DNA of 64,000 nt, taken from Octopus vulgaris (lineage: Eukaryota). Below, in pieces: positions 13,491-27,578 of the stretch. The translations under genes and the position numbers were made by a program. Under the pieces are notes generated by a model. The model was not told where the DNA came from. It made no database searches and saw nothing but the letters and a program-made list of their open reading frames with translations. The first letter of the stretch is position 1, and each line of letters opens with the position of its first letter. The DNA lies in NCBI GenBank assembly GCA_951406725.2, contig OX597819.1:58342001-58406000 (forward strand), given 5' to 3'.

Positions 13491-13784
13491 TAGATGGTAA
13501 AAGTTGTGTGTGTGTGTGTGAATTGTTGAGAATTTAACAGTGTGTTATCAAATGTAATCTGAGATATCATTTATATTTAGCGCTTAAATTTTGGTAAAAT
13601 TTAGCTGTTCTTTCTCTCAGATCGATCGAGCGCTTTCTTGTTGACTAATGTACAAATAAAGAACCAATAAAGTAAATAGTGTTATATAAACTTATAGTGG
13701 ACGCTTAAGATTAAGTTGCTCTTGTGATTTTAAGTAGCGGTTTATGCATTTAAAACCAAAGGCACGATAATATAAATGGATTAA

Positions 13785-13990
13785 AGGCGGCGAGTTGGCA
13801 GAAACGCTAGCACACCGGGGGAAATACTTAGCAGTATTTCGTCTGTCTTTATGTTCTGAGTTCAAATTCCGCCTTTCGTCCTTTTGGAGTCGATAAATTA
13901 AGTACCAGTTGCGTACTGAGGTCGATCTAATCGAATGGCACCCGACCCTCAAAAAATTTCAGGCCTTGTGCATAGAGTAGAAAAGAATAT
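13785..13990 (+). mobile_element. Family-A SINE
   Basis: AAGGCGGCGAGTTGGCAGAAACG head through AGAGTAGAAAAGAATA tail. Confidence 0.8.
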
Positions 13991-14100
13991 AAATGGATTA
14001 ACACGGGTGTGAGCAAGGGAAATAACTCTTCAGGCGTTACTTTATATGCGGTCACATTAACGTCTTGGTTATTGGCTCTTACAAATAGAGCCGTTACGTA

Positions 14101-14580
14101 CAGGTTGGCCCAAAAGTAGGTTTAAAGTTATCACGTAGGCACTTTAAATTTCTTTGAAACTATTTCATTACATTTAGATTTCTATCTTACAATCATATTG
14201 TTTATTGCACATCTTAAACAGACAAAGTTTAATCTCTCAGGTGCTCAAAATATCCTCCTTCAACATTGCAACATTCTTCAAACCTCTTCAGAACACCCTG
14301 ACACACATTAGGGGACAAATTCCGATCTCTATCACTTTCAATGAATGCGTCAGAAATGTAATCTTTTAATTTATTTACTGTTCTGGAATTTTCTGTTTTC
14401 ATAAACCTTGTTCTTTACAACACCCTAAAAAAAGAAATCCTTTGGTGTCAGGTCAGGTGAACGTGGTGGCCATTTGATGCTACCCCATCTTCCAAACCAA
14501 TGCTGTGGAAAGGCTTGGTTAAGGTAGTCTCTTACAGTCAACTGAAAAAGGAGCTTAACAAAATTAACTAAATTAGCATA

Positions 14581-14629
<49 letters not shown>

Positions 14630-14986
14630 TGTGTACAGTGCTCAGGTGCACTACAACTCATCTAAAGTGTATATATAATCAGGTGTAGTTTCGGCGGATT
14701 TCGGAAAGCATGAGGGCCTTAAAGGATGCAGTGTCATGGCAGTCAACAACTGACGCAGGCAGTTTATTCCATGCTTCAGCAACTCTGAGCGTGAAAAAAT
14801 GTTTCCGAAAGTCATGGTAGCTGTGCTGTTTTCTGACTTTGTAGGCATGTCCACGTGTGTTAGACACATGGAGATCAAAAAGGTGTTCAGTGTTGTTGCA
14901 TATTTATTTTTTTTATAATTAAGATCTTAACTGTTAATGCGAAAGAGATAGCTGAATAACTTTAAACATACTTTCGGGCCAACCTC
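14101..14986 (-). mobile_element. Deleted Tc1/mariner-superfamily DNA transposon with both TIRs and TA target duplication
   Basis: Left TA-CAGGTTGGCCCAAAAGTAGGTTTAAAGTTA and right TAACTTTAAACATACTTTCGGGCCAACCTC-TA. Minus strand encodes FPQHWFGRWGSIKWPPRSPDLTPKDFF and a C-terminal ECCNVEGGYFEHL. Confidence 0.85.
14582..14898 (-). mobile_element. 3' end of a CR1-clade LINE nested in the Tc1/mariner relic
   Basis: TRGHAYKVRKQHSYHDFRKHFFTLRVAEAWNKLPASVV is a typical CR1 ORF2 C-terminus, followed by a short UTR and (ATT)n tail. Confidence 0.85.
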
Positions 14987-15314
14987 TATATTTAAATATT
15001 TATTATTTGTGACTTTTTCACACTCGAAATTATAACTTATAGCTGTGACTAGCAAAACTGCGATTTTATTCTATGAATTCTTTTCCACCTGTAATTCTAT
15101 ATTCAAAGATCTGACAGCCAAAAGTGTGTGACGAAGAGGTAATTGTCTGTCGTTCCATATAAATTTACGTATATATAACTGACAAATTAAATAGTCACTT
15201 CTTCCACAAGTCATTATTGTCAAGGCAAAGGATATCTTGAACGTTTTCACTTGCTCCTTTATAAACATTCTCTTTCGTAAATCGATTTTGCCAATTGAAA
15301 TTTCTTTAACCTGT

Positions 15315-15690
15315 TTCAATTATTTGATTGCGGTCATGGGGGAGCACCGCCTTTAGCTGGACAAATCGACCCCAGGACTTATTCTATCGGTCTATTTTGC
15401 TGAACCGCTAGCTTATGGGGGGCGTAAACATAACAACATCGGTTGTCAAGCGATAGAAGGGGACACAAACACATAAATGTATAGAATCATCTATACAAAT
15501 ACACACACACACACACATATATATATACGACGGGCTTCTTTCAGTTTCCCTCCACCAAATCCACTCACAAGGCTTTGGTCGACTTGAGGCTACAGTAGAA
15601 GACACTTGCCCAAGATGCCACGCAGTGGGACTGAATTCGGAACTATGTGGTTGGGAAGCAAGCTTCTTACTACACAACCACACCTATAAC
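15315..15690 (-). mobile_element. Family-B SINE
   Basis: Full head, internal microsatellite and tail on the minus strand. Confidence 0.8.
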
Positions 15691-16111
15691 CCTTTTTTTC
15701 TTTCTGAATTTATATATATGAATTATAATGTATTCTCAATATCCAAACAAGACAAAAATTCCAAAGAAAAAAAAAAAACCTGCAATACTCAAAGGGAGAG
15801 AATGAAACATATTTATCATAGAGTTACTTCCCGTTGACCACTAAATAATACAAAAATCCTTCTTTTTCTTACCACTAATTTTGTTCTTTCAAAACTTATA
15901 TATGTGCTACAAATGAGCGTGCGGGCGTATGCGCACGTGTGTGTGTATATATATATATACGGCGGATTTTTCAGCTTTCGCCAACCAAATCGACCCACGA
16001 AGATTTGGTTGGCTTGAGGCTAGTGTAGAAGACATTGCTAAAAGTGCCACCCGGAGGATTGAACCCAGAACCATGTGGTTGGGAAGCAAACTTCTTACCA
16101 CACGGCCACTT

Positions 16112-16668
<557 letters not shown>

Positions 16669-17155
16669 GAATTCAAATTTTTGCACAAGGCCAGCAATTT
16701 GAGGTAGGGCAAAAGTCCATTATATCGAATCGAATGTTAAAGTGGTACTTATTTTATCGATCCCGATGGGTAAAAGCAAAGTCGGCCGAGGCAGAATTTG
16801 AACTCAAAACATGAAGACGGGCGAAATGCCTCTAAGCATTAGCGATTCTGCCAGCTCACCGCCTATATAGAAATGTGTGCGTGATATATTGATATATACA
16901 TATGTATGCATGTATGTATGTAGGTAGGTATTTTATTCTTTTATTTGTTTTAGTCATTTGACTGCGCCCCAGGACTTATTCTTTGTAAGCCTAGTACTTG
17001 TTTTATCAGGGATGTAAACACACCAGCATCGGTTGCCAAGTGATGGGGGGGGGGGAACAAACACATACACACAAACATATACACGCATACACATATATAC
17101 ATACATGCATACATACATATATACATACATATATGTATATACATACATATATATA

Positions 17156-17228
<73 letters not shown>

Positions 17229-17281
17229 ATATATATATTTATATGTATGTATGTATGTGTATATATATATATATATGTATG

Positions 17282-17316
<35 letters not shown>

Positions 17317-17319
<3 letters not shown>

Positions 17320-17660
17320 AAGGCGCATGGCTCAGTGGTTAGAGCGTCGAGCTTACGATCGTGAGGTTGTGAGCTCGAATCCCGGACCGGGCTGCGTGTT
17401 GTGTTCTTGAGCAAGGCACTTTATTTCACGTTGCACCAGTTCACTCAGCTGTAGAAATGAGTTGCGACGTCACTGGTGGCAAGCTGTATCGACCTTTGTC
17501 TTTCCCTTGGATAACACTGGTGGCGTGGAGAGGGGAGGCTGGTATGCATGGGCGACTGCTGGCCTTCCATAAACAACCTTGCCCGGACTTGTGCCTGGGA
17601 GGGTAACTTTCTAGGTGCAATCCCATGGTCATTCATGACCGAAGGGGGTCTTTACCCTTT
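17317..17660 (+). mobile_element. Family-C tRNA-derived SINE, full length
   Basis: GAAGGCGCATGGCTCAGTGGTTAGAGCG (A box), GAGCTCGAATCCC (B box) and TGTGTTCTTGAGCAAGGCACTT. Matches 48147-48484. Confidence 0.85.
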
Positions 17661-17720
17661 ATATATATATATTATATTAAATTAGAGATCATAGTTTAAA
17701 ACTCGCCAAGATGGTTTTGA

Positions 17721-17781
17721 AACCACCTGAAGAATGTCTCAAAGATGTGCTGAAATAAGACATGAAACGATCGTAGTGGTT
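17721..17781 (+). ncRNA. Minimal type I hammerhead ribozyme motif in a probable Penelope-like remnant (about 17680-17970)
   Basis: AACCAC-CTGAAGA-ATGTCT..AGACAT-GAAA-CGATCG-TA-GTGGTT. Stem I 6 bp, stem II 6 bp, palindromic stem III ACGATCGT; GUA site ends at 17775. Confidence 0.78.
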
Positions 17782-17968
17782 ATTTATAATTGTTAAATTT
17801 CTAAATTTATATAAATTATTTTATGTATTGGCTTAAGTCTTTCTTTGTTTGATTTGCATAATAGTGGTTTTGTCTCTAATTTAATATAATATAATATTTT
17901 ACTATAAATTGGATTCAATCCTAAATCTGATTTTTCCCTGTAAATTTGGATTTATTCCCTAATATATA

Positions 17969-18010
<42 letters not shown>

Positions 18011-19779
18011 CGAGCTTCTTTCAGTTTCCGTCTACCAAATCTACTCACAAGGCTTTTGTCGGCCCGAGGCTATAGTAGAAGACACTTGTCCAAAGTGCCA
18101 CGCAGTGGAACTGAACCCGGACACATGTGGTTGGTAAGCAAGCTACTTACCACACAGCCTCTGCTATAAAACATGAGATGTTTTGACAGCCATTTTGGCA
18201 CCGCTTATTGAATTAGCGCTTATGCATTGAGAAAATACATCCCTTGAATTCATGTTAACATGTTGCTAAATCCTAATTTATCCTATAAGTTATTACTTCA
18301 ATGTAATATCCATACTAGTAATGAACTTGCATAGAAATAAAAATGGTTTAAACGAATGTTTGATATGAGTGAAAACATTTTCACTGATATAATTACTCCA
18401 TAATTATTGCATGATCAATTAATCTAGCTGAATATGATTGGGAACGCATTTCCTCACTTTCAACCAAGTTAACGATTTTCGTTATAATTATGCAATAATG
18501 ATATAGTAGATGATGTTTTAACGTAAGTCATGGAAACAGCTGTAGAGTAAAACAAATGAAATTTTTGAAGTATCATTGAGATCTTTTGCTTTATACTCTA
18601 CCGTGTAAATGTGTGTGTGTGTGTGTGTGTGTATGACAGAGAGACAGACAGATAGACAGACAGACAGACAAACACACACACACACACAAACAATTAATGA
18701 TCACAGTTATCAGTAGCAGCACCATTCACAATTCATAACGGTAACAACACCCGAACTTAATAAAAAATCATTATTCTTTTCTACTCTAGGTACAAAGCCC
18801 TAAATTGGGCGGTGGGGGGCAGTCGCTTAAATCGATCCCAATACACAACGGTACTTAATTTATCGACTCCGAAAGTATGAAAGGCAAAGTCAATCGTGGC
18901 GGAATTTGAACTCAGACCGTAAAGACAGACGAAGCATTTCTCCCGGCGTGCTAACGTTTCTGCCAGCTCGCCGCCTTATAAAAATCATCGTCTTAAGAAC
19001 AACGTAAACACCATCAACAATCAGAAGCATTTAAGGAAGCTTAGAGCATTTAAAACTTTAAAGCAAGAAAAACGCCGGTATCAGATATAGAATATCGTCC
19101 ATATTCTGTTGAACCCACACAGCTGTTTACTTTGAGTGTGGTAGTTGTCGATGGAAAATAGAAATTGCTTTTCTGTAAACGGTTTGCTTGGTTGACCCTG
19201 TCAGTAGTTATATGCTGGACTTAAAGTTGAAGCCAAGCAAATATAAGGTTATGGTGTAAACGATAGCTACCACCACAACAACTTTCGCCACCACTACCGT
19301 CCCCACCACAGAAAGTTGCTTGGTCTGATTCACGGGGTTGACCTGTGTTCGTAGCCCATTTGAATTAACAGTATAATTGTCACAGTTATCTTCTCTTACC
19401 GCAATAAGGAACACTATTTCGAGGATAGACCAAGATTTACTCATTTACCAACACACAGGGCTGCTGCTTCGCTCATTGCTCAAGAGACACATGGAAACCA
19501 ATGTCAAAAGACTAGTGTATTCTTTTGGTGCCGTTGTGGTGAGATAATACTGATTCACCTTCGTGTTCAAATGGGAGTCCAACATAGGTAGTGTCAATAA
19601 ATGCCATTGCTAAGCATATCATTTCTGACATAACTTTTAGGCACACTAGAAATGGCTCTCGGAACCAGAATTCACTACAACGAAACAATGGAGTATTCTA
19701 CAAAAATAACAATGATTCGCCTTCATGAGTCAACTGAAGATTAACTTTAGCAGGATCAGTAAACACAACACCCAGCTTG

Positions 19780-20500
19780 CCATCTAAGATAAAACTTTCG
19801 GTACACACCTCATAACGACAATGGTCACAATTCAACTCTACTCAGCAGCAGGTCCTGATAAATTCCTTGCATGTATCATAAAGGAATGCCGACACCAACT
19901 TGCATAACCTCAAGCTAATCTCAAGAGAAAATCGCTAGACGCAGGCAACATACACAAACTTTTTCTGTTTTAGTCTATTAGCAGTTTTCAAAAAGGGTGA
20001 TACGTCGCTTTCGATAAACTAACAACTGAGCTAATATAATTTCATATCATTAAAGTGAGAAGTGGGGGAAATCAAGAATAGCTGATCTCTTGGAGAGCAA
20101 CAATCGCTAAAAGCAAAGCTAGCGTGATGTTCTGGTGTTGTAGAGACTGATTAACTAGCTTCTACATTGACGATAAATGTTTTGGGAGAAGACTAAAATA
20201 TTGCTTTCAAGCTTTGATACAAGGCCAGCAATTTTGGGAGAAAGGGTAGATCGATCACTTTGACCCCAGTGATCAACTGGTGCTCGTTTTATCGTCCTCG
20301 GACGAATGAAAGGCAAAATCGACCCCGGCGTAATTTGAACTCAGAACGTAAAGACGGCCAAAATACTGCCTAGCATTTTGCCTGGCATGCTAACTATTCT
20401 ACCAGCTTACCGCCAAGGAGAGGATTGAAATATTGATGTTGAATTCTTTGACTTCAGCAAAACATACGACAGAGATGGCCATGACATTCTGCAGCCAAGA
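19780..20500 (+). mobile_element. Highly decayed CR1/Jockey-group LINE RT fragment, interrupted by a family-A SINE (about 20205-20415, -)
   Basis: Relic peptides AGPDKFLACIIKECRHQLA*P near 19850 and IDVEFFDFSKTYDRDGHDIL near 20432 correspond to the GPD and DFSKAFD motifs of RT. Confidence 0.55.
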
Positions 20501-20735
20501 ATTCATTCACCATTGGACGTCGTCAAAAATTGCTGCCCTGGATTAAGTATTTCCTGATAAGCAGAGTCCAATGAGTCGTGATCTACAGAATATTCTGGAA
20601 ACCAGGAATAGATTTCAGTAGCTGTGTTGGTCCCATTTTTGTTCATCGTTGCTTTAACGACATCATAAAATTCATCAAGCACAGCACAATGCAAAGAAAA
20701 TTTGGCGGCTGATGGAGAAATATAGTTAGGAAGAA

Positions 20736-20808
<73 letters not shown>

Positions 20809-21301
20809 TCTCTCACTCACTCCTTCACTCACTCACTCACTCACTTACTTACTCACCCCTTCTGGTAGTCTGCCCTGGTTTTTCAGAAAAACATTACAAT
20901 ATAATTCATTTTTAACACTTGAACTCGAAGTAGATAAAGCTATAAATAAAAGCTTGTAAATATTGGGTTACAAACCTCTTTGGATACAAAAGTCAGAGGC
21001 AGCCAATATTTACACGCTATCATTTATAACTTTATTAACTTCGAGTTCTACAATTAAAAACTGATTATTCCCCGTTTTCTCGAAGTTTCTAAATTCTTAT
21101 GATATAGGTGTAGGTGTGTCTGTGTGGTAAGCAGCTTGCTTCCCAACTACATGGTCCCGGGTTCAATCTCACTGCATGGTACTTTGGGCAAGTCTGTTCT
21201 ACTAAAGCCTCGGGTCGGCCAAAACCTTGTGAGTGGATTTGGTAGAAGGAAACTGAAAGAAGCCCATCGTTTATATATTTATGTATATATGTATGTGTAT
21301 G

Positions 21302-21411
<110 letters not shown>

Positions 21412-21417
21412 CACACA

Positions 21418-21610
21418 CGAGGTCTGATCAATAAGTATCCAGACTGTTGGCATAGAAACAAAGCTAAAAGCACACAGAGTAAAGCTGCTGGGCAAAGATT
21501 GACCTTGAACCCTGCTGAGCATGCGCATTAAGTTTTAACGTTCTGGCTCACTTCCACTGTTTACAGCAATGCTTGGGAGGAAGGTGTGTAGCGTGTGAAT
21601 AGTACTAAGC
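21418..21610. mobile_element. Truncated mariner-type MITE end
   Basis: Starts CGAGGTCTGATCAATAAGTATCCAGACTG, resembling mariner TIRs. The partner TIR was not found. Confidence 0.4.
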
Positions 21611-22191
21611 TTAAAAATAAATAGTGAGGTCGAACTGTTCGACAAAAACACTTCAAGGCGGTGCTCCAGAAATAAAGCTCTCGAGATCCCGTGAGATCGT
21701 ATCAGGCCCCGTATACATTCAATGTTTGATCTTTCAGAATTGCCCCCCACCCATCACCACCTCTTCATTCTCAGGAGTTACTACAAAGTTATAGATTAGA
21801 TAAAATAATTATATATAAAACATATGACGACATATGATAGAAAGTGAGAGAGAACAGAATCTACAACAGTTTTCAAATGATTGAAAGAATTACAAAAATA
21901 CCCCCAGAGCATATCCAGTTTGTAGGGAAGACAACGTCACTATCCGAAACCAAATTGTCGCTCTCACATGCAATTTCTCAAAAGCGGTGTGGAGACAGTC
22001 GTTAACAACTACCACCACAAACAGCATGGAGAAACCCTCTTGCGCCCGAGGAATTTGATGAAAACAGAATAGCATTCGAGCACTTGACATCCGCAAAATA
22101 TTCGAGCTTGTCTTGCACTTGGATCTCCTAGCATAACTTCCTGTTTATGAACTCCTGCCTTCTTTATTTTTGACCTTTTTCACATCTACAA

Positions 22192-22231
<40 letters not shown>

Positions 22232-22508
22232 ATATTTGTATATATGTATGAGTTTATATGTACATAAATACATACACATATACACATGCATACGTAATAC
22301 GTATGAATATACGCAAACATATATGTATACACACAAGTGGGAGTGTGGTAAGAAGCTTGCTTCTCTACCACATGGTTCCTGATTCAGTCCCACTGCATGG
22401 CACCTTGGGAAAGCGTCTGCTACTATAGCCTCGGGCTGACCTAAGTCTTGTGGGTGGATTTGGTAGACGGAAACTGAAAGTAACCCGTCGTGTATACGTA
22501 TAATGTAT

Positions 22509-23709
22509 ATATCAAATCGCAAGGAATGAAATGTTCGATTTTGAACTGAAAGTTTACTTTACTTTATCACAATAAAAAGCAATGCAGTTAATAAAAAGTA
22601 TGCACTTCAATTATGAACAAAATTTTACCATTTTATTGATAGCTTGTTTATGCCGGCAGCGAAGAATTCTGGTGAGTAAGAAATGATGAAATCACGAAGC
22701 CTGTTTTTGCATCTTCAGATTTGAAATTTTTTCCTTGCAAAAACTTTATCTCATGCCTGGAAAACGTGATAGTCAGTTGGTTCATGGTCTGGTGAATATG
22801 ATGGATGAGCGCACTTTGTGCAACAGGTGGTCGAGCATTGTCTTGCAAGAGAATTGGTCTGTCTCTATTGACCAACCTCGGTTGTTTATTGAAAGTTCGC
22901 TCATCATTTCATCCAATTGGCTGATGTATACATCTGCTGTAATTGACTTATCAGGTCTCATAAAGCTGTAGTGGATGACACCAGCGCTGGACCACCAAAC
23001 AGACACCATTAGCTTTTTAGTGAATATTCTGTTTTGGATTGTACTTTGGCACTTCGTCTCTATCCAACCACTGTGCAGAACGCTTGGTATTGGTGAAAAG
23101 AATTCATTTTTCATCACACGTAACAATACGATGCAAAAATGGTTCGCTTTTATGCTGAGACAGCAAAGAACAGAAAGTTTCAAGATGACGTGTCATTTGA
23201 TGCTCGTTCAATTCGTGTGGCACCCACTTGTCCAGCTTCTTTATCCTGTCGATTTGTTTTAGATGGTCCAATACAGTTGGAATAGAAACATCAAACCTTG
23301 CTGCTAACTCACGCGTAGTTTGAGATGCATGCGCTTCCACTACAGTTTCCAGCTTATCATTATCCAACTTGGTCACCAGACCAGAACCTCTCAAGCCATT
23401 GACGTACAGTGCGCTCATTCGCCACATCTTCACTAAATACCTCATTGATGTTTTGAGCCGTCTGGGATGCATTGGTTCCACGAAGGAACTCATATTCATA
23501 AACACGTAGTTTTGATCTATCCATGGGGTCACAAAAACGGATTTACAAGAGAAAACCCACAATATAATCAGAAACCATGAATTGCATTTCGAAAAGTGAT
23601 CATGTAACTCTTCAGTGTTGTAAAACAAAGAATTATCAGGATTAGAGTTAACGACTGTCAAACTTGGTGCATAAGAAAATCGGACATTTCATTCTTAATG
23701 ACCTGATAT
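22509..23709 (-). mobile_element. Mariner (DD34D, cecropia/Hsmar1-like) transposon relic with frameshifted transposase
   Basis: Motifs LDKWVPHEL, FLHRIVTCDEK, KKLMVSVWWSSAGVIHYSF and PILLQDNARPPVA are spread over three frames. Degenerate TIRs: ATCAAATCGCAAGGAATGAAATGTTCGATTTT and AAAATCGGACATTTCATTCTTAATGACCTGAT. About 1.2 kb. Confidence 0.92.
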
Positions 23710-23974
23710 ATTTAAATGTCCTGAGTGTGTCTTTGTGTCTGTATTTCTTCCCCACCTCACCCACCGTCACCGCTTGACAATTGGTATTAGTGTGTTCATG
23801 TCATCGTAACTTAGCGGTTCAGCAAAAGAGTACCGGTAGATCAAGTACTAGGCTTAAAAACATAAGTCTTAGGGTCAATTTGTTCGACTAAAACCCTTCG
23901 AGGCGGGACTCCAGCATGACCGCAGTCATGTGACTGAAACAAGTAAAAGAACAGAAGAATACATGCATACATAC

Positions 23975-24050
23975 ATCTTGGATCTAGGTTAGAAACCGGT
24001 TCCTTCTCTATTGGCAAGAAATCTTGTAATAAAATGAATAATGACATACG
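23975..24050 (+). mobile_element. 3' UTR stub of the R4/Dong-like family followed by (TACA)n
   Basis: CTTGGATCTAGGTTAGAAACCGGTTCCTTCTCTATTGGCAAGAAATCTTG matches the 3' end at 12640-12705 (reverse) and at 29925-30010. Confidence 0.6.
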
Positions 24051-24137
24051 AACATACACACACACACATACATACATACATACATACATACATACATACA
24101 TACATACATACATACATACATACATACAGACATACAT

Positions 24138-24171
<34 letters not shown>

Positions 24172-24611
24172 TTTTTTATGTATGAAGACTGTGTGCACAT
24201 ACCCCTCTTTTCAGGACAAATCACCACACACACACACACAAAAAAAAGAAAATGAAATAGATTCTACAGAATTTACTAAACCAACCATACACATCTTCGA
24301 CAAAAGTGTGGTCTCAAACCGAAGTAAGAACGCGACATTGAGCTGTGATTTAGAAGAACGTGATAAACCAAGAGATAATATTATCGTGGGGTAATACTGC
24401 GGATTAGTTTGAGGTGGCGAGCTGGCAGAATCGCTAGCGAATCGGACAAAATGCTTAGCGGTATATCTTCCGGCTCTTTACGTTCTAGGATCAAATTCCG
24501 CCGAGTTTGACTTTGCTCTTCATCCTTTCCCGGGCGAAAATTAAATACTAGTTGAATACTGGAGTCGATCTAAACGGCTTACCCCCATCCCTTAACATAA
24601 ACGGTCTAGTG

Positions 24612-25072
24612 CCAAAATTTTAAACATTATTCGTTGTTGTTTATGGTGATGATTACGATGGATTTATTGTTGTATTGTTTAACCTCAAATCGGTCTTAGT
24701 CTATCTGGAACTAGAATATCCTTCAAAGACTTTAAATGACTTTAGAATAAAGAAGAAAACGGTGGATAACTGACAGGTCATGTGACATGTAACATCAACA
24801 GATGTGCTCGTCTGTTTGGGACTCAGCAGTTATTTTTTTGTTTTTTTGTACCAAAATTTTAAACATTATTCGTTGTTGTTGATGGTGATGATTATGATGG
24901 ATTTATTGTTGTATTGTTTAACCTCAAATCGGCCTTAGTCTATCTGGAACTAGAATATCCTTCAAAGACTTTAAATGACTTTAGAATAACGAAGAAAACG
25001 GTGGATAACTGACAGGTCACGTGACATGTAACGTCAACAGATGTGGTCGTCTGTTTGGGACTCGGCAGTTTA
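24612..25072. repeat. Tandem duplication, about 239-bp unit x2
   Basis: CCAAAATTTTAAACATTATTCGTTGTTG..GGGACTCAGCAGTT at 24612 is repeated at 24851 with few substitutions. Confidence 0.92.
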
Positions 25073-25672
25073 TTTATTTCTTCTTATCTTTTTTTTGCTA
25101 TTTTATTTTCACGAAAATTTTCCCTCAATCAAGGCAAACGGTAGTTGAGTTAATTATCCTCCAAAATTTAAGGTCTTGCGAATAAAAATCAATAATAACT
25201 GTTTTAAACATAGGCACAAGAACTGAAATTTTAAAGAATGGAATAGTCGAATATATCTATACTGGTACTTTACTACTTTATTTTATCGACTACAGAGGGG
25301 ATGACAGAAAAACCTGGCCTCGGTCGGATTTGAAGTTAGATCATATAGAGTCGATGCAAAGTATTTCTGCGATGCTATAATGATTCTGTTAATGATTCCA
25401 ACAAATCAATAACATTTTTTAGTAATCTCAGGTAAAATGCCAAGAAATGTTGGTAGTCAATACCAAATTAGTCCATGCAGAAGACGAAAATATACCTAGC
25501 ACACGTCACTAGCATCCGCCTGCGTGGCCAGAGTAGTGTGAAAAACACCTTACAAACATACATTATTATAAACAAACACATTACAAACAAACTCCTACTC
25601 TACAAATATGCTTACACTGTTCAAGCATACATACACTTATATACACATTGGAAACATACATAAACATTAGAT

Positions 25673-25703
<31 letters not shown>

Positions 25704-26665
25704 TACACATACATACACACACACATGACAAATAGGTACATACATACTCATAAACATACACCTTAAGAAACTCGGTAAATAAATTTTCTCGCTTTCTCTC
25801 TTTCTCTCCTTTCACATTGTCTCACCCTCCTCCTCCTCTTCTTCTTCTTCTTCTACCTCTTCCGTTTTTTTCTCCTTTTGTTCTTGAAGTTTTCGTTTTT
25901 GTTGTTGTTGTTGTTGTTGTTCTTCTTCTTCTTCTTCTTCTTCTTCTTCTTCTTCTTCTTCTTCTTCTTCTTCTCCTTCTTCTTCCAGGTGTGAGAGTAT
26001 CCGATATATAATTCATTTGCCACACCAATATCTTTTGGCCACACTGTTTAGTGTTTCTCTGTACACTTACCGAGGACATCATAGCCATTACAGTTTTTTT
26101 TAAGCACCGTCCTTCCCTCTCTGTTTTCCATATTACTTACAGTTGTTAGAGCTTGATTATTTAGCTCCCCTTCTCCTCCTCTTCGCTGTTGTTGTTGTTG
26201 TTGTTGTCGTTGTTGCAGGAATCAAGAGAACCCGCTGAGACCCTGCAAAAGTATTTAAACGGTCTGTTTACCCAAGACGTTGCTATGTAACAATCTGGAA
26301 ATATTTTTCAGCAACGTGAATGGGATGTGATGCTATGAAATGTAAATGGATGCCATTAGTAAGATTTAGAAATAAAGCTCTAGAGATCACGTGAGATCAC
26401 GTGAGATCATATCAGACCACGTATACATTCGATGTTTGATCCTTCAGAATCGCCCACCACATCATTTTCAGGAGTCACAACAAAATTACACATTAGATGG
26501 AATGATTACATACAAACATATGATAACGTATAAATATATTATAGAAAGGGAGAGAATATACTCAAACAACAGTTTCCAAGAACTTCTCTCTTTCTCTCTC
26601 TCTCTCTCTCTTTATCTCACTTTCTATATCTCTCTCTCACTCTCTTTACTTCATTTTCTTTCTGA

Positions 26666-26731
<66 letters not shown>

Positions 26732-26894
26732 GCATATATAGACATGCACACCCACACATATATATATATATATACATATATAGACACACGTGCACATACA
26801 CTGCGTACTGTGGTCGATCTAATCGACTGGTCCCCTCCCCCAAATTTTCGGGCCTTGTGCCTAGAGTAGAAAAGAATATATATAATATATATAC

Positions 26895-27129
26895 ACTAAA
26901 CCTTCGACTGTTGCGGGTGCTACGTTCCAAATTCCCCCACGATAAGCGAAAATCCGCGATAGGCGAAAATCCGCGAAGCAGAAACAGTACTGTACTGTAT
27001 ATCTGTTTTATCTTTATAATTTGTATATATTTATTTTATTATAAATGTAAAACAACATCACAGAGGAATCGACATAAGCTTAAATAATAAACCGCGAAAG
27101 GTGAACCGCGATATGGCGAGAGATTACTG
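26895..27129. mobile_element. Tigger/pogo-like MITE
   Basis: Left TA-CACTAAACCTTCGACTGTTGCGGG and right CCGCGATATGGCGAGAGATTACTG form imperfect TIRs, with internal AAAATCCGCGA repeats. Confidence 0.55.
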
Positions 27130-27456
27130 TGGATATTTATGCATGTATGTATTTGCATATATATATATATACATATGTCTGTATCTGTGTCAGTGTGTAT
27201 ACATATATACATACATACACGCACATCTGTCTATTTAACAATCTAGCTAGATAGAACATCACAACCAGCTTTCACACGCCATCGCTATGATTTATTATAT
27301 CCCACTAACAAAAAGAAAACAATGAAAAAAAAATGAAACAAAAAATGGAATAAGAAGGCTGCGTCCGTTTTGACCAGTTTCTTTGCTCCTTCCTTATTTT
27401 GAGTGTCTGCAGAATCTAAAGAATTTAAGAACTCCAAATATTTCATCAATCCTCAT

Positions 27457-27578
<122 letters not shown>

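Noticed and set aside
17317-17392. SINE heads as additional tRNA genes (also 33894 and 59247)
   Set aside because: They have A and B boxes but no closed acceptor stem and continue into SINE bodies, some with TSDs.
20503-20735. Non-repetitive peptide as a possible host exon
   Set aside because: No recognisable domain or convincing splice sites, and it adjoins decayed LINE sequence.
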